IMG/VR virus record: IMGVR_UViG_3300045747_000102
Span: 1-57,928 of that record
Length of the DNA: 57,928 nucleotides
From: a virus
Lineage: Duplodnaviria > Caudoviricetes
Direction: 5' to 3' (one strand)
Every line of letters begins with the position of its first letter. The stretch's first letter is position 1. Position numbers and translations under genes: made by a program. The notes under the pieces were generated by a model that was given only the letters and a program-made list of their open reading frames with translations, did not search any database and was not told the DNA's origin. Of this stretch, positions 55,233 through 57,928 are shown in pieces.

Positions 55233-56189
55233 CTATTTAGTCAAAGATCTAAAGTAGGCAATTGTCTTTGCCAGACCTTCATCGAGCATAATCTCTGGTT
55301 CCCAGTTAAGAATTTCCTTAGCCTTTGAGATATCTGGACGACGTTGCTTTGGATCATCAACCGGCATATCTTTAAATGCCAGTACTGAACGAGTACCAGT
55401 TTGCTCGCGAATCTTTTCAATAAGTTCCATGAGGGTAAACTCATTTGGATTACCGATGTTCACGGGTTCGATGAAATCATCTGGAGTTTCATCCATCAGC
55501 TTACGGAAACCACGGATCAGATCAGATACGTAGCAGAATGAACGAGTCTGTTTGCCTAAACCGTATACAGTGAATGGCTCATGCTTCAGTGCTTGCATGA
55601 TAAAGTTAGATACAACACGACCATCCTTAGGATCCATATTCGGACCATAGGTGTTGAAGATACGGACGATCTTGATAGGAACACCAAACTGCTTCGAGAA
55701 GTCAGTCATCATGGTTTCTGCAGCACGTTTACCTTCGTCATAGCAAGAGCGTGGGCCCACGGTGTTCACGTTACCGAAGTAAGATTCTACTTGAGGGTGA
55801 ACAAATGGATCACCGTAGACTTCTGATGTCGATGCTTGGAATACTTTGCACCCTGGATAGTGATAAGCATAATCCAAAGCATTCTCGACACCCTTCAGTG
55901 ATGTCATCAAAGTCTTATACCGATCTGCCATATAAGCAGGTGGAGAAGCTGGACAAGCCAAATTGTAAATTTCATCAAATGGTGTACGGAGATCCAAATA
56001 CGAATTACGAACATCACGAATGTGGAACTTTAAATTTAGATTACTTTCTAAATGGTCCAAATTGTTGAGACTCCCAGTTGAGAGATTGTCAATGCCTGTG
56101 ACATGATAGCCATCAGCAAGGAGAGAGTTCACAAGATGTGAACCGAGAAAACCAGCAGCGCCAGTAACTAAAACTTTTTTCATATTCAC
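55233..56189 (-). CDS. UDP-glucuronate decarboxylase (UDP-xylose synthase, UXS-like extended SDR)
   Basis: GAAGFLG, NLACPASP, ASTSEVYGDP..HPQ.ESY.GNVN..GPRSCYDEGKR.AET, RIFNTYGP.M..DGRVVSNF, DDP.QRRPDI are all UXS-typical. Confidence 0.9.
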   Translation of the reverse strand: MNMKKVLVTGAAGFLGSHLVNSLLADGYHVTGIDNLSTGSLNNLDHLESNLNLKFHIRDVRNSYLDLRTPFDEIYNLACPASPPAYMADRYKTLMTSLKGVENALDYAYHYPGCKVFQASTSEVYGDPFVHPQVESYFGNVNTVGPRSCYDEGKRAAETMMTDFSKQFGVPIKIVRIFNTYGPNMDPKDGRVVSNFIMQALKHEPFTVYGLGKQTRSFCYVSDLIRGFRKLMDETPDDFIEPVNIGNPNEFTLMELIEKIREQTGTRSVLAFKDMPVDDPKQRRPDISKAKEILNWEPEIMLDEGLAKTIAYFRSLTK

Positions 56190-56422
56190 CCCATCAAATT
56201 TTCAAGAGACATTTCATCATCATAAACTTCAGGAAAATCAATTTTCTTAATGCAACTTTTTGTAATAGCCTTCAGACGAGGCTGGTCAATAAGTGTAGCA
56301 AAATCATGAAGATCTTCCTTACTTCTAAATCTTATCATAATAGTATAGCCTGTAAAATCTTTTGGGATAAACTCAGGTCGTACCGTTACTTCTTCTACTT
56401 CATTTTCAAAATCATCAAACAT
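56186..56422 (-). CDS. Small glycosyltransferase-associated protein, paralogue B
   Basis: PEF...I.IRF.SKEDL.DFA.LIDQP.LK...K...K.I.FP. Confidence 0.65.
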   Translation of the reverse strand: MFDDFENEVEEVTVRPEFIPKDFTGYTIMIRFRSKEDLHDFATLIDQPRLKAITKSCIKKIDFPEVYDDEMSLENLMG

Positions 56423-56423
56423 C

Positions 56424-56720
56424 TTATACCTCTACCCAGACGTACTTACCGTTAGAACCGCGTTCGCCACCTTCGAGGGGAGGATACCAAATGGATTTAG
56501 TAGAACGCTTAGCGGGGGCTTTGAGCTGTGGCTCATCGACCAAGTCAGCAAACTTGTCCAAAGCTTCTTTATCCTTGATATTCACAACCAGAATGAAAGG
56601 TGCCTCGTTGTTTTCCTGTTCGTAGAAGGGAAGATCATACCAGCCACCTGGTTCAAATCCATCCTCCTGCCCGGTCAGACAAAATAGATCAATGTCTGGA
56701 TTTTTCAATTTCGTAACCAT
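56424..56720 (-). CDS. Small glycosyltransferase-associated protein, paralogue A
   Basis: W.DLPFYEQE...LVV.IKDKEAL.KFA.LVDEP.LK.....TKSIWYP. Confidence 0.65.
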   Translation of the reverse strand: MVTKLKNPDIDLFCLTGQEDGFEPGGWYDLPFYEQENNEAPFILVVNIKDKEALDKFADLVDEPQLKAPAKRSTKSIWYPPLEGGERGSNGKYVWVEV

Positions 56721-57646
56721 TACTTCACTCCAAATTCTGCTTCAAGGTAGTTGTCTGTATTTAGTACAGTGTACTTCGAGGTGATATCATCCTCATTAGA
56801 CAACTTAACCAATTTTAAACCATAAGCATTGGGATCACGAGAAATTTTTGCATCGGCGCGTAGCTTAAGCTTATTGTTCCGTTGGAATGAAGAATAGTCA
56901 ACTGAGTGGTGCCAACGTCCCCATTTCTGAGTAATTTCTACTACATCTGGATGTTGGTCATACAGACTCTTGGCAAATGTGTACCGATTGTCAAACTCTT
57001 GAGTATTTCCCAGTTTATAGATTTCCTCAGTGTTGCCGCCCTTCATAGTCAGTGTAGCTGCTTTACCACAAGTAAACTGATTCAGTAGAACCGTGCAATT
57101 GCCGTCCTTCAGGATTCGTAGTGAAAGATCCGTATCCTCATTGTACCGACCACGCCATCGGTGTTCGACTGAGTTGTCAAGCAAGATGCACGAGTAGATT
57201 CTAGTGTTCAAATAGTAAGGAGCCTTCTTGACGAACGAAGGTGTGAAGTAATGGTAGTTCAGACCAGACATCTTCACGTTTTCAAATCGGTCAGTAAAAT
57301 CCTCACAGACTCGGAATGGAGCAGTAGAGCGGACACGCAGCTTAGAATTCTTGTGCAGACGGTAAAGGTACCGAATATTGTCATCAAGAATCCAGTGGCG
57401 TTTATGACCCTCAGAGATGGAATGTTCCCAGACCCAATTACGAGCTGGGATGCCACCTTGACCAAGATTGGAAAATGGAAGCACTAGGATTTTCTTGGGA
57501 TCAATCACAGCCGCATAAGCATCATACTCTTGCGGTTCAATGACGATTCGATAATCTGCACCTATCTCTTCAAGAGTACGAGAGGTCATCCGGGATTCGG
57601 ACCGACCCTTGGAAATGATATAGATTGGATAGCGTGTCTGCTTCAT
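56720..57646 (-). CDS. GT-A glycosyltransferase, GREB1/TET-associated (TAGT)-like DNA-base glycosyltransferase
   Basis: YPIYIISKGR, IEPQEY..Y, ARN..WEHS, HWILDDNI, RIYSCILL, WRGRYNEDTDLSLR.LK.G.CT, MKGGNT. Confidence 0.8.
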   Translation of the reverse strand: MKQTRYPIYIISKGRSESRMTSRTLEEIGADYRIVIEPQEYDAYAAVIDPKKILVLPFSNLGQGGIPARNWVWEHSISEGHKRHWILDDNIRYLYRLHKNSKLRVRSTAPFRVCEDFTDRFENVKMSGLNYHYFTPSFVKKAPYYLNTRIYSCILLDNSVEHRWRGRYNEDTDLSLRILKDGNCTVLLNQFTCGKAATLTMKGGNTEEIYKLGNTQEFDNRYTFAKSLYDQHPDVVEITQKWGRWHHSVDYSSFQRNNKLKLRADAKISRDPNAYGLKLVKLSNEDDITSKYTVLNTDNYLEAEFGVK

Positions 57647-57654
57647 GTTTTTCC

Positions 57655-57927
57655 TTAGACGTATTTAGTCAAGTCTGGTGCAACGTAATTCTTACCTTTG
57701 CCAATCTTGCCACCAGGCTGAATGACTGCCTTACCATCTTCAAACTTAGAGTCGTTTGAATTCAGCACTTCGTCATCGGCACCATTCTTGTCAAATCCTG
57801 CGAGGAATGCAACACCGTTCAGAGTCACATCAATGTCGCAGAGAGCATCCAAACATGCTACACGATCTTGTGTGCCAAGTTGTTTGCCGTTCTTCTTGAG
57901 TTCGTTGCCGATCTTGTGCATCATTGC
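57655..57927 (-). CDS. MazG/PRA-PH-like NTP pyrophosphohydrolase, C-terminal part; 5' end probably outside window
   Basis: LDALCDI.V...G, EV..SN.SKF, GKI.KG..Y..PDL. Confidence 0.8.
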   Translation of the reverse strand, partial: AMMHKIGNELKKNGKQLGTQDRVACLDALCDIDVTLNGVAFLAGFDKNGADDEVLNSNDSKFEDGKAVIQPGGKIGKGKNYVAPDLTKYV

Positions 57928-57928
57928 A

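Noticed and set aside
55233-56189. dTDP-glucose 4,6-dehydratase or UDP-glucose 4-epimerase call
   Set aside because: LACPASP, STSEVYG, CYDEGKR and DDPxxRxPDI match UDP-GlcA decarboxylase, not RmlB (STDEVYG/YSASK) or GalE.
1-57928. Alternative genetic code (stop-codon reassignment)
   Set aside because: Core genes are full-length under code 11, and TAA, TAG and TGA all end genes at expected positions.

Overview
This is a 58-kb fragment of a large T4-like (Tevenvirinae/Kyanoviridae-style) myophage, probably infecting a betaproteobacterium. The host inference rests on the tmRNA tag ANEERFALVA and sigma70-type early promoters. The window has two convergent halves that meet at a UUCG hairpin near 17.74 kb. 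The + strand half (1-17.7 kb) is a hyperplastic early region of small ORFs driven by nine copies of a TTTACA-N17-TATAAT promoter. It carries NAMPT, a metallophosphoesterase, DNA ligase, ThyX, a HAD nucleotidase, a MazG-like enzyme, an SPFH protein and a stand-alone ClpX zinc finger. It ends in a candidate structured RNA and a circularly permuted (two-piece) tmRNA gene with a long structured intervening segment. The - strand half (17.75-57.9 kb), in transcription order, holds: (1) a sugar/DNA-modification cluster (NTP pyrophosphohydrolase, GREB1/TAGT-like glycosyltransferase, two small paralogues, UDP-glucuronate decarboxylase, UDP-glucose dehydrogenase); (2) the T4 replication block (45-44-62-regA-hsp20-dsbA-43-uvsX-41); (3) a late block with ATTAAATA promoters, made of membrane proteins, large fibre/structural proteins, three LamG paralogues, an S74-chaperoned fibre, a 22-aa repeat protein, PAAR and the large terminase. 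The top candidates for new biology are a phage UDP-xylose pathway coupled to a DNA-base glycosyltransferase, and the permuted tmRNA with its IVS RNA. All family calls come from motif recognition by eye; no database searches were run.
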